A DNA stretch of 64,000 nucleotides from Squalus acanthias (GCA_030390025.1 CM059432.1:22012001-22076000); one strand, 5' to 3'. Shown: positions 30,822 through 45,087, numbered from the stretch's first letter. Numbers and translations are program-made. The notes: generated by a model from the letters alone, not told the origin.

Positions 30822-32570
30822 AATGTAGGGGGCATGATTAAGAAGTTTGAAGTTGATACAAAAGTTGGCCGTTTGGTTGATAGTGAGGAAGAAAGCTGTC
30901 GACTGCAGGTAGATATCAATGACTAGTCAGGTGGGCAGAAAAGTGGCAAATGGAATTCAATCTGGAGAAGTGTCAGGTAATGCATTTGGGGAGGGCTAAC
31001 AAGGAAAGGGAATACACAATAAATGGCAGGATACTGAGAAGTGTAGAGGAACAGAGGGACCTTGGAGTGCATGTCCACAGATCCCTGAAGGTAGCAAGAC
31101 AGATAGATAAGGTGGGATACTTTCCTTTATTAGCTGAGGCATAGAATATAAGAGCAGGGAGGTTATGCTTGAACTGTACAAAACACTAGTTAAGCCGCAG
31201 CTAGAACTGCGTACAGTTCTAGTCACCACGGGCTGGATTTTGCCAATGGGGAGCTTTTGGAGGCGGGACTCCCACTTTTCGGGTTTCAGTCCCGCCTCCA
31301 TCAACTTCTGGCCGACCCACGCTATTTTCCCTTGATTAACCTTGTTAAGCCCGCCCAGCGGGCTTAGCAGGTCAATTAAGGGAAAGCCGGTTACAGAGAA
31401 CGTCAACGTATGACGTTTCATCTGTCAAAAATTTTTGACAGATGAATTGTCATCGTTTGACAGTTCTGTGAAGCTGTCAAACACTGACATTCTCTGTAGT
31501 TTGATGAGTTCCTGAATTCAAGAGCTCATCAAACCTCTTTCTTTTGTAGAAATTAGATGGTTGTTGCATTGGAGAATGCAACGGCCATCTGTCATCTCTA
31601 CCGCGGAGGTGCGAGACTCTCCGCATACACATCGACTGAAGCCTGCAGGAAGAAACAAAGGTAAGTACACTTTTTCTAACACTTTGCACTTACCTCAGAT
31701 ACTCACCTCTCCACACTTGCACCCATCACTCATCTTCACAGCACATTTTTGGACCTCTCCTACCCCCGCAGACCCACTACTCACCTTAGTGACCCTAACG
31801 GGTTTCGGAGTCTTCGGGAAGCCCGCACTTGTGTGGGCAAAATGGTGATAATCCTATTTTCTGCCTGTTAACTAGCTGTTAACAGGCAGTTAAGTGGATG
31901 TAATCCCTTTCCTGCCTCCAAGGAGACAGAACCCGGCGCGGGATGGTTACCCGCCTCCTGGCAAGATGGCATGGAGGCGGGTTGGGGGCGGGTTGGGCAC
32001 CCGCCCCCAAATTCTGCCATTTTCCTGCCAGTCCCGCCTCCAAACCCGCCTCCCCAGGGCTGGCAAAATCGCCCCCCAGATTACAGGAAAGATGTGATTG
32101 CACCAGAGAGGATACAGAGCAGATTTACGAGGATGTTGCCAGGACTGGAGAATTTTAGCTATGAGGAAACATTGGAACAGAGGTGGCTGAGGGGAAACTT
32201 GGTTGAGGTGTATAAAATTATGAGGGACCTAGATAGAGTGGATAGGAAGGAACTATTTCCCCTAGCAGAGAGGTCAATAACCAGGGGGCATAGATTTGAA
32301 GTAATTGGTAGAAGGATTAGAGGGGCGTTGAGAACTTTTTTCAGTCAGACGGTGGTGGGGGTCTGGAACTCACTGCCTGAAAGGGTGGTAGAGGCAGAAA
32401 CCCTCATCGCATTTAAAAAGTACTTGGATATGCACTTGAAGTGCCGTAACCTACAAGGCTACTGACCAAGAGCTGGAAAGTGAGATTAGGCTGGATCGCT
32501 CTTTTTCGGCCGGCACAGACACGATGGGCTGAGTGTCTCCTTCTGCGCCATAAATTTCTATGATTCTATG
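30822..32570 (+). mobile_element. CR1 LINE 3' part, interrupted by a MITE
   Basis: MEFNLEKCQVMHLG...RDLGV and TRGHRF...WNSLP; tail (ttctatga)n. Confidence 0.85.
31230..32076. mobile_element. Harbinger-type MITE inserted in CR1
   Basis: gggctggattttgcca ... tggcaaaatcgcccc termini; the CR1 frame resumes after it. Confidence 0.7.
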
Positions 32571-32944
32571 AGTATCACCACATTGTGATGCATCTCAGTT
32601 TAAGCCACTCTGGGAGGGCTGCTCCCTCTGGATCTGGGTCACCTCAGATCATCAATACCAATTCCAGCCTCCAGCGGTGGGGTGTGTGGTGGGGAACACA
32701 TAGCGACCCACCTCTAGTTTCTCCCGGGCGGCCCCATACATACGTACGCCCCTTGTCTCAGGAGAGCACCCTCCCCACACAGATCCCCCTCACCTCTTGA
32801 GCTATCAGCCGGCCATGCATCAGCACATCCTCGCATCTCACTGGCTGATTCTGGAGGCAGTGTGGGGTGGATCGGTGGCCCCGCTGTTACATCACTCGTA
32901 GGCCGGCCTCGCTCTGCTTTTGACCGTTAATCTTTCTGGAACAC

Positions 32945-34030
32945 AACCTCCTCCAGCCCTACAACCCTCTGAGATCTCTGTGCTCCTCCAATTTGGGCCT
33001 CTTGCATATTCCTGATCATAATCACTCCACCATTGGCAGCCGTGCCTTCAGCTGCCTTGGCCCTAGGTGCTGGAATTCCCTCCCCAAGATCCTTTGGGGT
33101 AAAAATTCAGTTGGTTGCGCCTCCCGTTAGCGCCTTAAGAGGGCGCTAATGGGGCGCAAAGCCGCTAACGCCCGGGCGCAGCGATGTTTGCGCCGCTCGG
33201 GAACTTAACTAGACATTGTGCGGCGGCGCTAAACCTTACCGCCGCGACCACCTGCGCGCGCAGATTGTGACGTCATTCCATGGTGCAACGCCCTTGTGGC
33301 GCCCCGGAACGGAAATTGAGTGGCGCCCCCTGCCTTACCGCCTGGCGCATCCAACGACCGGAAGACTGGAACGCTATCAATCGCTGTGGGGCTGGGGGGG
33401 GGCGCTATTTAAAGGGGGCCTCCTCCTGTCTTTTTCTGTGGTTGACATTTTTGCACCACTCGTTCTGAGAGAGAGAGAGAGATTCGGAGAGAGAGAAAGA
33501 GAGACTTCTGCATTGAGTCAACGCTTTGTGAGGTAGTTTTGCCTACTGATCCTAACAGTTGGCCCCCCCCCCGCTTTAAGAACTGGCCAGCGCCAGTGTG
33601 TCTGTGTTCCCTCGCTAACTGGCAGCAGCTGCGCTGCGCTGGCGCACTGAGTTAGCGCCTCACTGCTCGGCCTTTGCGCCTTAAGACAGGTGTGCAGCGC
33701 CTGATTTAGCGCTCCACTCACCTCTCGGGGCGGTAAAAGTGAAGTTTCCAGTCAGTGGCGATAATTAGCGCCAGGCGCTAATATTTATGTCCAGACGATA
33801 TTTGTGCCCCAAACGGGGCGCGACCTAATTTTTCCCCCTTTGTCTCTCCACTTCTCTCTCCTCCTTTAAGACGCTCCTTAAAACCTACCTTTGACGAGGG
33901 TTTTGGTCACCAGTCCTAATATCTTCTTATGTTACTCGGTGTCAAATTTTTGTTTGAAAACGCTCGTGTGAAGTGTCTTGGGATATTTTACTGCATTAAA
34001 GGCGTTATATAAATGCAAGGTGTTGTTGTT
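32945..34030 (+). mobile_element. L2 LINE 3' end containing a GC-rich MITE (~33096-33837)
   Basis: ctccagccctacaaccct...ggaattccctccc | ...ttaaaacctacct...gcgttatataaatgcaag(gtt)n; insert bounded by ggggtaaaaatt / aatttttcccc. Confidence 0.7.
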
Positions 34031-34299
34031 GATAACTTGCTGAGAGACTCAAGGCTGACTCGCCGTGCTGCTTTTTTATTTAAGTTAATATGGAGGACGA
34101 GGTGTCAGGCAACAGGTTGGCTGTCTTCCCCCACTCCTTTTGTAGTGCTCGAGGCCCTGCTTCTGCCCTCGCACTCTTTCATCCAACTGTCGAGAGTACC
34201 ACAGTGCACACTCCAGAACACACACTTCTCTCTTGCCTTAAGCTCACCGGTTCTTACTTGCAGCTTCCCCTTTTGAACCAAGGCTTCTATGGCCACTGT

Positions 34300-34630
34300 T
34301 GTTTACTCTAGTGTTAGTCGACTGTTCAGCGGCCCAGTCTCCTCATTTTGCCCCCTCTCCCAATCTACTTTCGGCCATCTGCCATTGCTACCCTCTCCGC
34401 CAATTCACGGCCTATGACTGGTGCTTCGCACTGGCGCCATCTTTATGCTGTTTACGTTGTTTTCACTTCAAAAATCACAGGATGTATGTGCGGCTTGGAA
34501 GACTGGAAATGCACATTCTTGGGGAATTAAACTGAGATTTCGGAGTTCCATCGCGAGATCATGAGTGACGCTTTATTTCACTCAGAAATCACGTGTCTCG
34601 CAATAGATTCATGCGAGAGTTGACAATATT
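34300..34630. promoter_or_regulatory. Candidate housekeeping-type promoter / first-exon region
   Basis: Non-repeat, CpG-containing stretch with YY1-like CGCCATCTT, ATCGCGAGA (CGCG motif), TCACGTG E-box and TGACG; minus-strand donor-like GTAAGA/GTGAGC ~34242-34258. Confidence 0.35.
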
Positions 34631-35854
34631 GCGTACGGATTTAGGGTAGAGGGGAAGGGTGGGGAAGCCTTGTGTAGGGGAGGTACAAGGTATCCTTGTG
34701 GTAGCAAAAAGAGCACTCCTTGGCACTGGTGGCACTTAAAATGATCTGCTGGCAAACTCTTGGATGTTTGACTGTAATAGGTTAATGTAGGCTTCCACAT
34801 TGTTCAGCCAGGCTCAGGTTTGACTTTTCCCTCCAGGGCTCTCCCAAGGCCCCAAGATGAATCATCCCCTTAAAGCAGCCAGACGCCTTTAAGGCCTGCA
34901 TCAACACTTCAGTTTCCTGTACCCTCATGAATGCGCCCAATTGGAGGATCAGCACTCACCTCTGTAATGCCCATGACATGCTACTTAACCCTGAGAGGAA
35001 ATCAGGGCACACAGAAGTGACTTCATTTTCATGGGCCCTAGGGAAATTAGCCCTTATTACAGGCATGGAACTACAGACCCCCAACCAACATATAAATAGG
35101 GGACTCACTTACCTTGGCAAACTTCATACAGGGTATGGAATTTTTCTCATCTGTGAAACTGTCCTCTCAACTTCAAAAACCACATTCACCTATTTTGTCG
35201 CACCTCTTCCCAGGCAGACTGGTCTGCATTTTGCTAAGGAGGGTACTGTCATATCCAAAATAAGCTCATCCCCTTGCCAGCACTCCCATCAACGTGCTTT
35301 CTAGGGCTCTGTTGCTGCAGGAAGCTGTCCGGCCTCCGCCATGGGAATTGTTGAGCTTCTGGCACTTTTCTCGAACATTTGCCATCATTTCCAAAATCAA
35401 AACAAGCTTTTTCCTCCACAATAGGAAGTCAGGTACAGCTTTAAGGTGATGCACCTGCACTTTTAACCCTCTGTGCAACAAATGCCGTGTCCCCCGCCCC
35501 CGCAACCGCAACCTCATGGCTCCCATCATACACGGTCATCTGGGAGTACAACACCAATATGCTAATGAGGAATCCTCCTAAAAACCCGGACAGCTCCTCC
35601 CCCTGCATTGATGATGCCAACTATGCTGCACAAAGTGTCTTGTTCCAGGAATGCACCAGGTGTGCAATTTTCTGGCCCTTAGTGTATATGTGGAATGGTC
35701 TAGTCAGAGAAGGAAGGGAAGTGTAGAACATTATAGATCTTAAGAAGGTGATGTGTACATTTTTGGTATACAGGCTTTTTAAAGGTAATCAAAAATGTAT
35801 TTGGGTAATAAGCCTTTGAGCTTTGGGACTGTGCCCATGGATGGAAACAATCTG

Positions 35855-36253
35855 GGTGAGGGGTGACCTAATAGAGGTCTTTAAAATTATGAAAGGTTTT
35901 GATAGAGTGGATACAGAGAGAATGTTTCCACTTGTGGGGAAGAGCATAACTAGAGGCCATCAATATAAGATAGTCACCAAGAAACCCAATAGGGAATTCA
36001 GAAGAAACTTCTTTACCCAGAGAGTGGTGAGAATGTGGAACTCGCTACCACAGGGATTGCTTGAAGCGAATAATATAGATGCATTTAAGTGGAGGCTAGA
36101 CAAGCAGATGAGGGAGAAGGGAATAGAGGGTTATGCTGATAGAGTTAGATGAGAAAGACGGGAAGAGGCTCGAGTGGAGCATAAACGCCGGCATGGACTG
36201 GTTGGGCCTGATGGCCTGTTTCTGTGCCGTATATCCTATGTAATCCTATGTAA
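35855..36253 (+). mobile_element. CR1 LINE 3' fragment
   Basis: RGDLIEVFKIMKGFD...TRGHQYK...WNSLP; tail (atcctatgta)n. Confidence 0.9.
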
Positions 36254-37302
36254 TCTTTTTTGGTCCCATACCATGCTAGGTTCTGAAGGACACTGGGACC
36301 TCTCAGCGGGGTGGAGTTGTTTAGTTAAATGTGTCTCGTGATGCATCACGGGTAACCATAGTCTCTTCAAGTTTGCTTCATTGCCTTAGGAGTTGGAGAG
36401 GAATTTCCCAAGCCTTTTCCTGAAATTGGCCATCGATGTTTTTTCTCTGGTTTTTGTCCACTTCTATAAAAATGCTTAGTTAATATTACTAACGATGGGG
36501 GAGGATGGTGCACAAGACTGCACCGTTTCTTTGATAGTATCACCATTGGTGGGCCTGATGGTCTTTTCTCTGTATGTATATAAGATTCACAACCATCTGC
36601 ACTAACTAACCCCCCTCCCCGTTACCACATAAACAGGCCAAGAAGCAGTTTCTTATCCCAAACAAAGGATTAATTTCATTGCCGGTCCAGACAGGCGCTT
36701 CACCAAAATGAGGGGGAATAGGACATCCCTTCAGTTCTCACTGATCTGTAGCAGGAATTTCAGAGTAAATTGGCTAGCCAATCTGCAATTGCTATATTAG
36801 CCGTGAATATGATAGCAGCAAATAACTTTGATGCTACTGTCACCTTCCAGCCAAGATATTGTGATTCTACAAGAATAAATCAGCCGCCCTTACCATATTG
36901 CACAGAGGAGGTCATGAGAGCTTGCTTAAGGGGCACTTGGTTTCCTAAAACAGAGCAACAACAATTTTATACCATTACTGGGTTACGAAAGATATCATGC
37001 TTTATTGATTGCACACATCAAGATATGGACATCTATCCCTAAGGCTTCTGCATAAATTTCAATTCATGAATTTCTAATAGGCGGAGTGCAATGCCAAAAA
37101 TGTCATCATGCATGTGTATGCTGATTACCATAGCTTCATGCATAACTCTTCATTCTGACTGAATCTTTGAGAGAAATGAAAGACTGCAGGGTTGGCTGAT
37201 GAGCTGGATATGGCTTCAAGAAGTAGCTGACAACTTCCATATATAAATCTCCGTATTCTATTGGGCACAGATAAAATAAAGCTCACATATATGCTCGTAC
37301 AT

Positions 37303-38100
37303 TAACAACAACTTGAATTTATATAGCGCCTTTGATATGGTAAGACGTCCCAAAGGGGCTTCACAAGAGCGTTATCAGACAAAATTTGACACCGAGCCAT
37401 ATAAGGAGATATTAGGACAGGTGGCCCAAATTTTGGTCAAAGGGTAAGTTTTAAAGAGCGTCTTAAAGGAGGAGAGAGACGTAGAGAGGCCGAGAGGCTT
37501 TGAGAGGGAATTCTAAAGCCTCGGGCCCAGGCAGCTGAACACACGGCCATCAATGGTGGAGCGATGAAAATTGAGGATGCGCAAGAGGCCAGAAATGGAG
37601 AAGTGCAGAGATCTTGGAGGGTTGTAGGGCTGGAGGAAGTTACAGAGATGGGGAGGTGCGCGGCCATGGAGGGATTTGAAAACAAGGATGAGAATTTTAA
37701 ATTGATGCATTGCTGGACAGGGAGCCAATGTAGGTCAGCAAACACAGGGTGAATGGATGGGTGAACGGGACTTGGTGCAAGTTAGGATACGGGCAGCAGA
37801 GTTTAGTTTATGAGTTACAGGGGGTGGAAGATGAGAGGGTGGCCAGGAGTCAAGTCTAGAGGTAACAAAGGAGTGTCTTAAAGGAGGAAAGAGAGGTAGA
37901 GAGGCGGAGAGGTTTAGGGAAGTATTTACAGAGTTAAGGCTGAGGCAGCTAATGGCATGGTCACCAATGGTGGAGCGATGAAACTCGGGGACGGGCAAGA
38001 GGCCAGAATTGGAGCAGCGCAGATGTTTCGGGGGGTTGTTTGGCTAGAGGAGGTTACAGAGTGAGGGAGGGGTGAGGCCACGAAGGGATTTGAAAACAAG
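37303..38100 (-). mobile_element. L2 LINE 3' end with internal duplication (~37455-37690 / ~37870-38100)
   Basis: LHWLPVQQ...FKILILVFKSLHGRAPPHL motif; tail aacaacaacttgaatttatatagcgcc. Confidence 0.8.
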
Positions 38101-39051
38101 GATGATACAGTATAGAATACAACATTTGCATGTTGAGGCAGGCTACATGTCCAGTGTTGAGATAGGGAGGACGGTTCTCATCAGTATATGTGTGAGAAAG
38201 CTTACAAAACATCTCCATTGTGCTTCTCATGTACAACATTGCTACTCAGAGTTGCATCATTGTGATCTTCCAGGAGGAAGATCACGTGCCATAGTCATGG
38301 AAGCAGATCAGAAATGACAGCTTGGTGATGGAGGTCATGGGACCACTGCAGTCAGTTAAATGAGAAAAAAAATGAATCTCTGCATGCCTGCCAATAATAG
38401 CAAAACTCTGATCAAATATTACTGATTCTCGTGTCAAACCCTGCTCTGCTGCAAACTATTCCAAGCTATAATTAGAACGCTCAAGATGATTACTTGAAAG
38501 AACCATATTGTCCAAGTACAATTTTTCCCATTCCACAATAAGGACCTTTCCAATTATCAAAGATGTCCATGAACCATGAGAAAGCACAACCAGAAAATGA
38601 AGGAACTCAATACATAACTAACCAGGGAAATAAATTACACAAGTCTATGGATTGTACAGTAATTCAATGTGCAATGTTTACTTTGAGAATTGTGTGGTCC
38701 TTCCCTTTGTTGTTCATAACCTTCTAATGTGGCTTCTAATAGCGTATTACTGAATGTGCACCATAGAAAGAAGCAAAGAGAAGCACACCACCAGGGTCTG
38801 TATTGCATGGATCTGGAAGGACAGACAATATTGAGAAAGCTGTCATTGCATGGGAGGTTATAGGAGCTTCTTCACAAATGGAACAAATTGTAAGCTGGTC
38901 AAATTCACAAATAACACAAAAAATAGGAACATTAATTTTATAAACTTGTGCTGCCAGAAAAATTAATGGGAATTTGGGTGTGGAGGTCAGTAGTCTCTGC
39001 AGGATTTTCTGCCCTTGAATTTCTGATAGGTGTTGACAGCATGCAAAGTAC

Positions 39052-39678
39052 ATAAATACTGTGGCTACAAGAGCAGGTCAGAGGCTAGGTATTCTGAGGT
39101 GAGTGACTTACCTCCTGACTCCCCAAAGCCTTTCCACCATCTACAAGGCACAAGTCAGGAGTGTGATGAATACTCGCCACTTGCCTCGATGAGTGCAACT
39201 CCAACAACACTCAAGACGCTCGACACCATCCAGGACAAAGCAGCCCAATTAATTGGCACCCCATCCACCACCTTAAACATTCACTCCCTCCACCACCGGC
39301 ACACCGTGGCTGCAGTGTGTACCATCTACAAGATGCACTGCAGCAACTCGCCAAGGCTTCTTCGGCAGCACCTCTCAAACCCGCGACCTCTACCGCCTAG
39401 AAGGACAAGTGCAGCAGGCACATGGGAACACCATCACCTCCAAGTTCCCCTCCAAGTTATACACCATCCTGACTTGGAAATATATCTGTGTTCCTTCATT
39501 GTCACTGGGTCAAAATCCTGGAACTCCCTACCTAACAGCACTATGGGAGTACCTTCACCACACGGACTGCAGCGGTTCAAGAAGGCGGCTCACCACCATC
39601 TTCTCAAGGGAATTAGGGATGGGCAATAAATGCTGGCCTTGCCAGCAACGCCCACATCCCATGAACAAATAAAAAAAA
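39052..39678 (+). mobile_element. Non-LTR retrotransposon 3' end (RTE-X-like, clade uncertain); further copies ~41232-41445 (+) and ~61190-61515 (-)
   Basis: TIYKAQVRSV...LDTIQDKAAQLI...LHHRHTVAAVCTIYK...SWNSLP post-RT motif; tail gggcaataaatgctggccttgccagc + A-run. Confidence 0.7.
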
Positions 39679-40310
39679 TCTCCAGGCTGGGTGGTTAAAT
39701 TTGTAAAGTCTACTTTATGAAGAGCACTAGATACAGCAAAAAGAGGATTTCCAAAAGGATGTAGATTGGTTATACAATTGTGCAGCAATTTGGAAAATGA
39801 AATATATCAATGATAAAGAAAGAACTTGCATTTATATAGCACCTTTCACCACCTCAGGATACCAATGGAAATAAAAATTGGGAGAAGTCAAAATTAGTCC
39901 CAGTGAATTGAAGTAGGTTTGGTTTTGGTTGTTTAAATTATTTTCATAACCTGCTGTGTAATGTGAAAAGTCATAAAATTGCACGAAAACTTTGGTTTGA
40001 AATTACTTATATTAATGATTATATCAGGGATGAGGGACTTCAGTTATGTTTATGTAAATTCAGTGAAATTTACTTGGTGTTTCTCATTACGGTCGATACT
40101 GCAGAAACATCAAATGTGTAGTTTTCATTTACCCTTAGATCTTTCTATTCTTTTGCAGTCTTGCTTTGATTTTTAAATTATGTTGTAATTCATCGCACGG
40201 AAATCTTTGTATACTACAAAACAAAAAGACTGAAAAATGTTGTTAGGCTCTTGGTGATATTGAGACCTTAAACTAAGGTAAATGCAATAACATTTGCAAA
40301 CAGTGGGCAA

Positions 40311-40370
40311 TGTCATGTGATCGAATGCCACACGATCAAACATCACATGATCAAATGTCAGGTGATCAAA
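40311..40370. repeat. 15-bp tandem repeat x4 (consensus tgtcacgtgatcaaa)
   Basis: tgtcatgtgatcgaa tgccacacgatcaaa catcacatgatcaaa tgtcaggtgatcaaa. Confidence 0.8.
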
Positions 40371-41904
40371 CCTCCAGGAATACATCCAACCAGGGTTGGC
40401 AAGCTGAGATGGAAGTGTAAAGAATAATTTTTGAAGTCAGTTTCCCACAAAATGATGGTTAAAAATGACTACAATTGGAAATTACAATGGGACAAAATGA
40501 TGACAGATGCATTTTGGAGCGAAGCTCAAGTATATCTATGAACCTTATTTAACAATGCTATTATGTCTTGGTACGTGGCATGAATTTTGAGAGTTTATCA
40601 CCAGGGGCTACGTTTCTGAAATATATGTGCAGTCATTTTTTACATCATAATGACTCATTCTAGTCATTAACAAGGAACTTTTTTTACTGTGCCCTTATTC
40701 TGTAAACTGTTTATTAATGTTTTAGTCCTGACACACCAATTACCCTCTTGTAGTTGGTTAGGTTAATCACTGAATAACACTCAACCTCTAAAACTTTTTT
40801 TAATGCTTACTGCAAAAAAATGATTCAGGTTCAGGCAGCCCTGTCATCCTAAAAACTATTACAGAATATTGATGAAAAGTCTTAGTGACAATTTCTACGA
40901 GGTTATTTCTTCTGCCCGAATCTGAACATGGATCTAACAGCAATATACCAGGGCTAAGTAACTTTTATTTTCAGGTTTTGAATTCAGTTTTAGAGCATGC
41001 AACATTCTGATATTTGTGACTGAAAAGACCAACACAGATAGTGCAAGAGAACTTCCTAACATTGTTAGAAAATGTTGTTAAATTTGTCCTCCGTACTAGA
41101 CTAACAGGGATTCCATTTATAAATGGGATAGATTCAGAACAGATCTAGCAGCTCAAAACTGGGCATCCATGAGGCACTGTGGGCCATCAGCAGCAGCAGA
41201 ATTGTATTCCACCACAACTTGTAACGTCATGGTTGGACTTGGAAATATATCGCTGTTCCTTCATCGTCACTGGGTCAGAATCCTGGAACTCCCTCCCTAA
41301 CAGCACTGTGGGAGTACCTTCACCACACGGACTGCAGCAGTTCAAGAAGGCAGGTCACCACCACCTTCTCAAGGGCAATTAGGGATGAGCAATATGTTCT
41401 GGCCTTGCCAGCGACGCCCACATCCCAGGAATTAATTTAAAAAATAGACCTACCTAGGCCTGCCCCATATTGCAAGTCCAGCTGCAGAACCATTTGCTCT
41501 ATTTCTTATAGTTCAGCCTATTCATACTGTGAGATGTATTTCAGCTTTTCCAGAACAACTGTGCAAGATCATGCATATTCTGGCTTCGAGGTAAAATGCT
41601 AGGCAAGTGTTATACCATAAGAGTTATACCACAAGAGTTATACCATAGGCCACAAACTGCAGCCAATTAACACCACAGCATGGCACTGCCAGTGACTGTT
41701 ATTGCCACAATTTTGACTGGTGGGCACAACTCATATATCACCCAAATTCTGGTCAGGTTTATGACATTCATAAAATCTAGGCTAAAATATGTCGTATAAC
41801 TATTTATAACTGAAGGAAACCAACCCTGCCTGACCTGCTGAGTATTTCCAGTATTTTCTGTTTTAATGACAAAAATAAACCTCCTAATGACTGATATATC
41901 TATC

Positions 41905-42220
41905 CTTATCTCTGTAACCTTCTCCAGCCCTACAAACCTCTGAGAACTCTGCGTTTTCTGTGCATCCCTCCCTCCCTTTGCCCCACTATTGGTGGCTGCA
42001 TCGTCAGCCTTCTAGGCCCTAAGCTCTGAAATTCCCTCCCAAAACCTCTCCACCTCCCTCTCTTCATTTAAGACCTTCTTTAAAATCTACCTCATTGTCC
42101 AAGCTTTTAGTCGCTCCTCCTAATATCTGCTTCTTTGGCTGAGTGTCCATTTTCATCTGATTACGCTTCTGTGAAGTGTCTTCTACATTACAAGTGCTAT
42201 ATAAATAAAAATTGTTGTAG
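41905..42220 (+). mobile_element. L2 LINE 3' end
   Basis: Same 3' sequence as 32945-34030. Confidence 0.7.
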
Positions 42221-43846
42221 TGTAACCACTTCTCGTAAATAGATGAAATACCAATGTTGGTGCAATAGTGTGTATAGATTAGTTGTGTACAATTTGTATT
42301 TTTCAGATGTTATATAATAAAAGCAAGCAATTATATTCTGTAAAACACCAATGAAATTCAATGCTCAAAGAGCGCCTGATCTCAATTTTCCTAATTCTGT
42401 GAAATGTGTGATGCCTTGATTATCCTAATTATGTTGTGAGCAAAGGCTACACTCACTGGATGTAATATTGATGTTGGTAGTTTCATTTGAGTTAATTGAC
42501 TCTCAGATAAAATACTGACAGCAGACTGTTGGATACTTATAGAAATCAATTTCTGACCTGCTACATTAAAATAGAAGCAATTTTCCCATTTGGGTCAAAG
42601 ATTAGCAAATCTAACTGCACCCTTACACAGACACAGAAAAGGTGTCAACGCAGAGAGACTGAAGAGGGAGAACATATTATGCTCTTCATTTTGAGAATAA
42701 ACAACACTGAGCATTTGATAAACCTACAAGACAATAGATCCAAAAGCTCACTAGCATTCAAAATAAGTTATCGAGTGACTTTTGCTTTGATATTTTTTGG
42801 TGAATTTTTATGCTTATCAAGGTGAGACTGTTAAGATTGAAAATGGAGTGTCAGCATCGAGCACTTGCAGGTTTGGTATAGTAGTTAAATGCCGAGTAAA
42901 GCTGCCTGTACTCTGACCTGACAATGGCTCTCAATCCCAGAAAAGACACTTTCCGTTTCTTACACCTGTGGCCTCTATAACTGACATTGCTAATTGAAGG
43001 GAAGTTTTGTATCGTGCCCATTCAGAACTGGATTGGGACAGGCAAATTTTTTTTAATTTAAATTTATCTTTACATTTACATATACATACATGTTTAAATC
43101 CCTAATTTGTTTTCTTCATTGCCGCCTAGGCTTTATAACCTAGTGAATGGTAGAGTAGTGTTTTTGGTACTGGTTTAGCACTTCTGAGGTCATATGCTCA
43201 AATTCCACCATGGGAAATTATGAAATTCATAAACCAAATCTGGTATAATCTGTAGGACAGCACCAGAAAAAAAAATTGCTCCGCAAGCTATCAGAGGCTG
43301 AACATGTTTTCATACACGACGGGGGCGACTTTCTGACCCCCGAGGAGGCGGATTTGGAGGCGGGATAGGCGGGAAAATCAGAAAAAATGAGGGCAGGTTC
43401 GGAACCCGCCTCCAACCCACCTCCGCGCAATTTTGCCGGAGGCGGTTTTGCAGGGTGGGAAACAGTCCCGCCTCCAGCTGGCCAGAGAGGTTGTTAAGAG
43501 GCTTAAATGGTCGTTAAGGGCCTCTCTAATCCTATTTTGAGAGGCCCTTGTGATTTTTCGGCCATTTCAGCATGTTCCACGATCCTCCTAAACCACGCCA
43601 GCTAAACCTGGCGGGTTGACAAGTGGGTGGCCTCCTCACAGCTGCAGCTCCACCATTAAATCGGAGATTTCATCAAGGATTAGTTGCAGGTGGCAGAACT
43701 TTGCTTTAAAAGGTCTTTCAGCACTTTTAGCAGGCCTTCCGAAGTCGGAGATGCTGCAGCTTGTATCTATCAACGTGGGACCTCCTTGGAAGACCCGCTC
43801 CCCGCTTGGAATGAGCGCTTCCCCAACGGAGGCATCTGCAAGCAGC

Positions 43847-45087
43847 ATGGGAACCATTAATTTCCTTTCATCATAGAGCCTCAGATTCAGATGAGGAGCA
43901 TCCATGGCAGCAGCAGAACCAGGCAGCTCAGCAGCAACAGCAGCAGGAGCCCCAACCTCCTGCTCAGCCACCTGATGCTGCACAGGGCAGAAGGCGCCAG
44001 CGCATCGAGGCACCTCACCGCAGGAGATACCCCCCACAGAGGGTTTACAGACAGAGGATGAGCAACCTCAACAAGAGTAAGCAGCAGTGCCAAAGGAGGC
44101 TGAGACTTTCAGGAGAGGTTGTCCGAGAGATCTGCGGCCTGCTGCAGCAAGACCTGGTGCCCAGATGAATGGGTGGACACCCCTTACCAGTGGCCGTCAA
44201 AGTCACCACCGCACTCAACTTCTTTGCCTTAGGCTCCTTCAAGGGATTATCAGCAGACATCAGCGGCATCTCCCAGTCGGCCGCCCACAGTTGCATCACG
44301 CAAGTTACCGATGCCCTTTTCGCAAAGGCGCACAATTACATCCAGTTCACAAGGGATCAAGCAAGTATAACTGCCCGTTTGGTTGGCTTTGCAAATATGG
44401 CAGGCATGCCAATGGTGCAGGGCGTAATAGACTGCACACATGTGGCCCTTAGGGCACTCCATCACAACCCAGCTATCTTTGTCAACCGAAAGGGCTTCCA
44501 CTCCCTCAACGTACAGCTGGTGTGTAACCACAAGGAGTTCTTGCATGTTTGCGTCAAGTTCTGTGGTAGTTGCCATGACTCTTTCATCCTGCGGCACTCT
44601 AGTGTTCCTCCATTCTTCAATCCGCCAAACCAACTTAACGGATGGCTCCTTGGTGACAAAGGCTACCCCCTGAACAAGCGGCTAATGACGCCGATCAGGA
44701 GGCCAGCTAACGAGGCTGAAGAGCGCTACAACGCCAGCTACACTTCGACCAGGTCCATCATCGAGCAAACCATTGGGTTGTTGAAGATGCGCTTCCGTTG
44801 CCTTGACCGATCAGGTGGAGCCCTGCTGTATACATCATACAGGGTCTCCAGAATGGTCTGCTGTGCACTGCACAACATCGCACAGCGTCGTGGCTTGCAG
44901 CTTCCTGATGAGCAAATGGCTCAGTTCCAGCCCTCCTCAGATGAGGATGAGGAGGAGGAGCAGGAGGAGGAGGAGGAGCAGGAGGAGGTCAGAGCGCCTG
45001 GTGTATCGACCAGCGGCAGCGGCAGCACGCAAGCACATGGCTGCCCGGGATGCAAGGGATGAACTTATCCTGGCCAGATTTGCATAG
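43847..45087 (+). pseudogene. Harbinger transposase (HARBI1-like); DDE core open in 44169-45062, ends disrupted
   Basis: [57 protein letters not shown]. Confidence 0.9.

Noticed and set aside
39030..39629. 199-aa ORF as a host gene
   Set aside because: Frameshifted LINE C-terminus with further copies at 41232 and 61190
44169..45062. Domesticated HARBI1 gene
   Set aside because: Bounded by TIRs, disrupted at both ends, and paralogous to another decayed copy in the window
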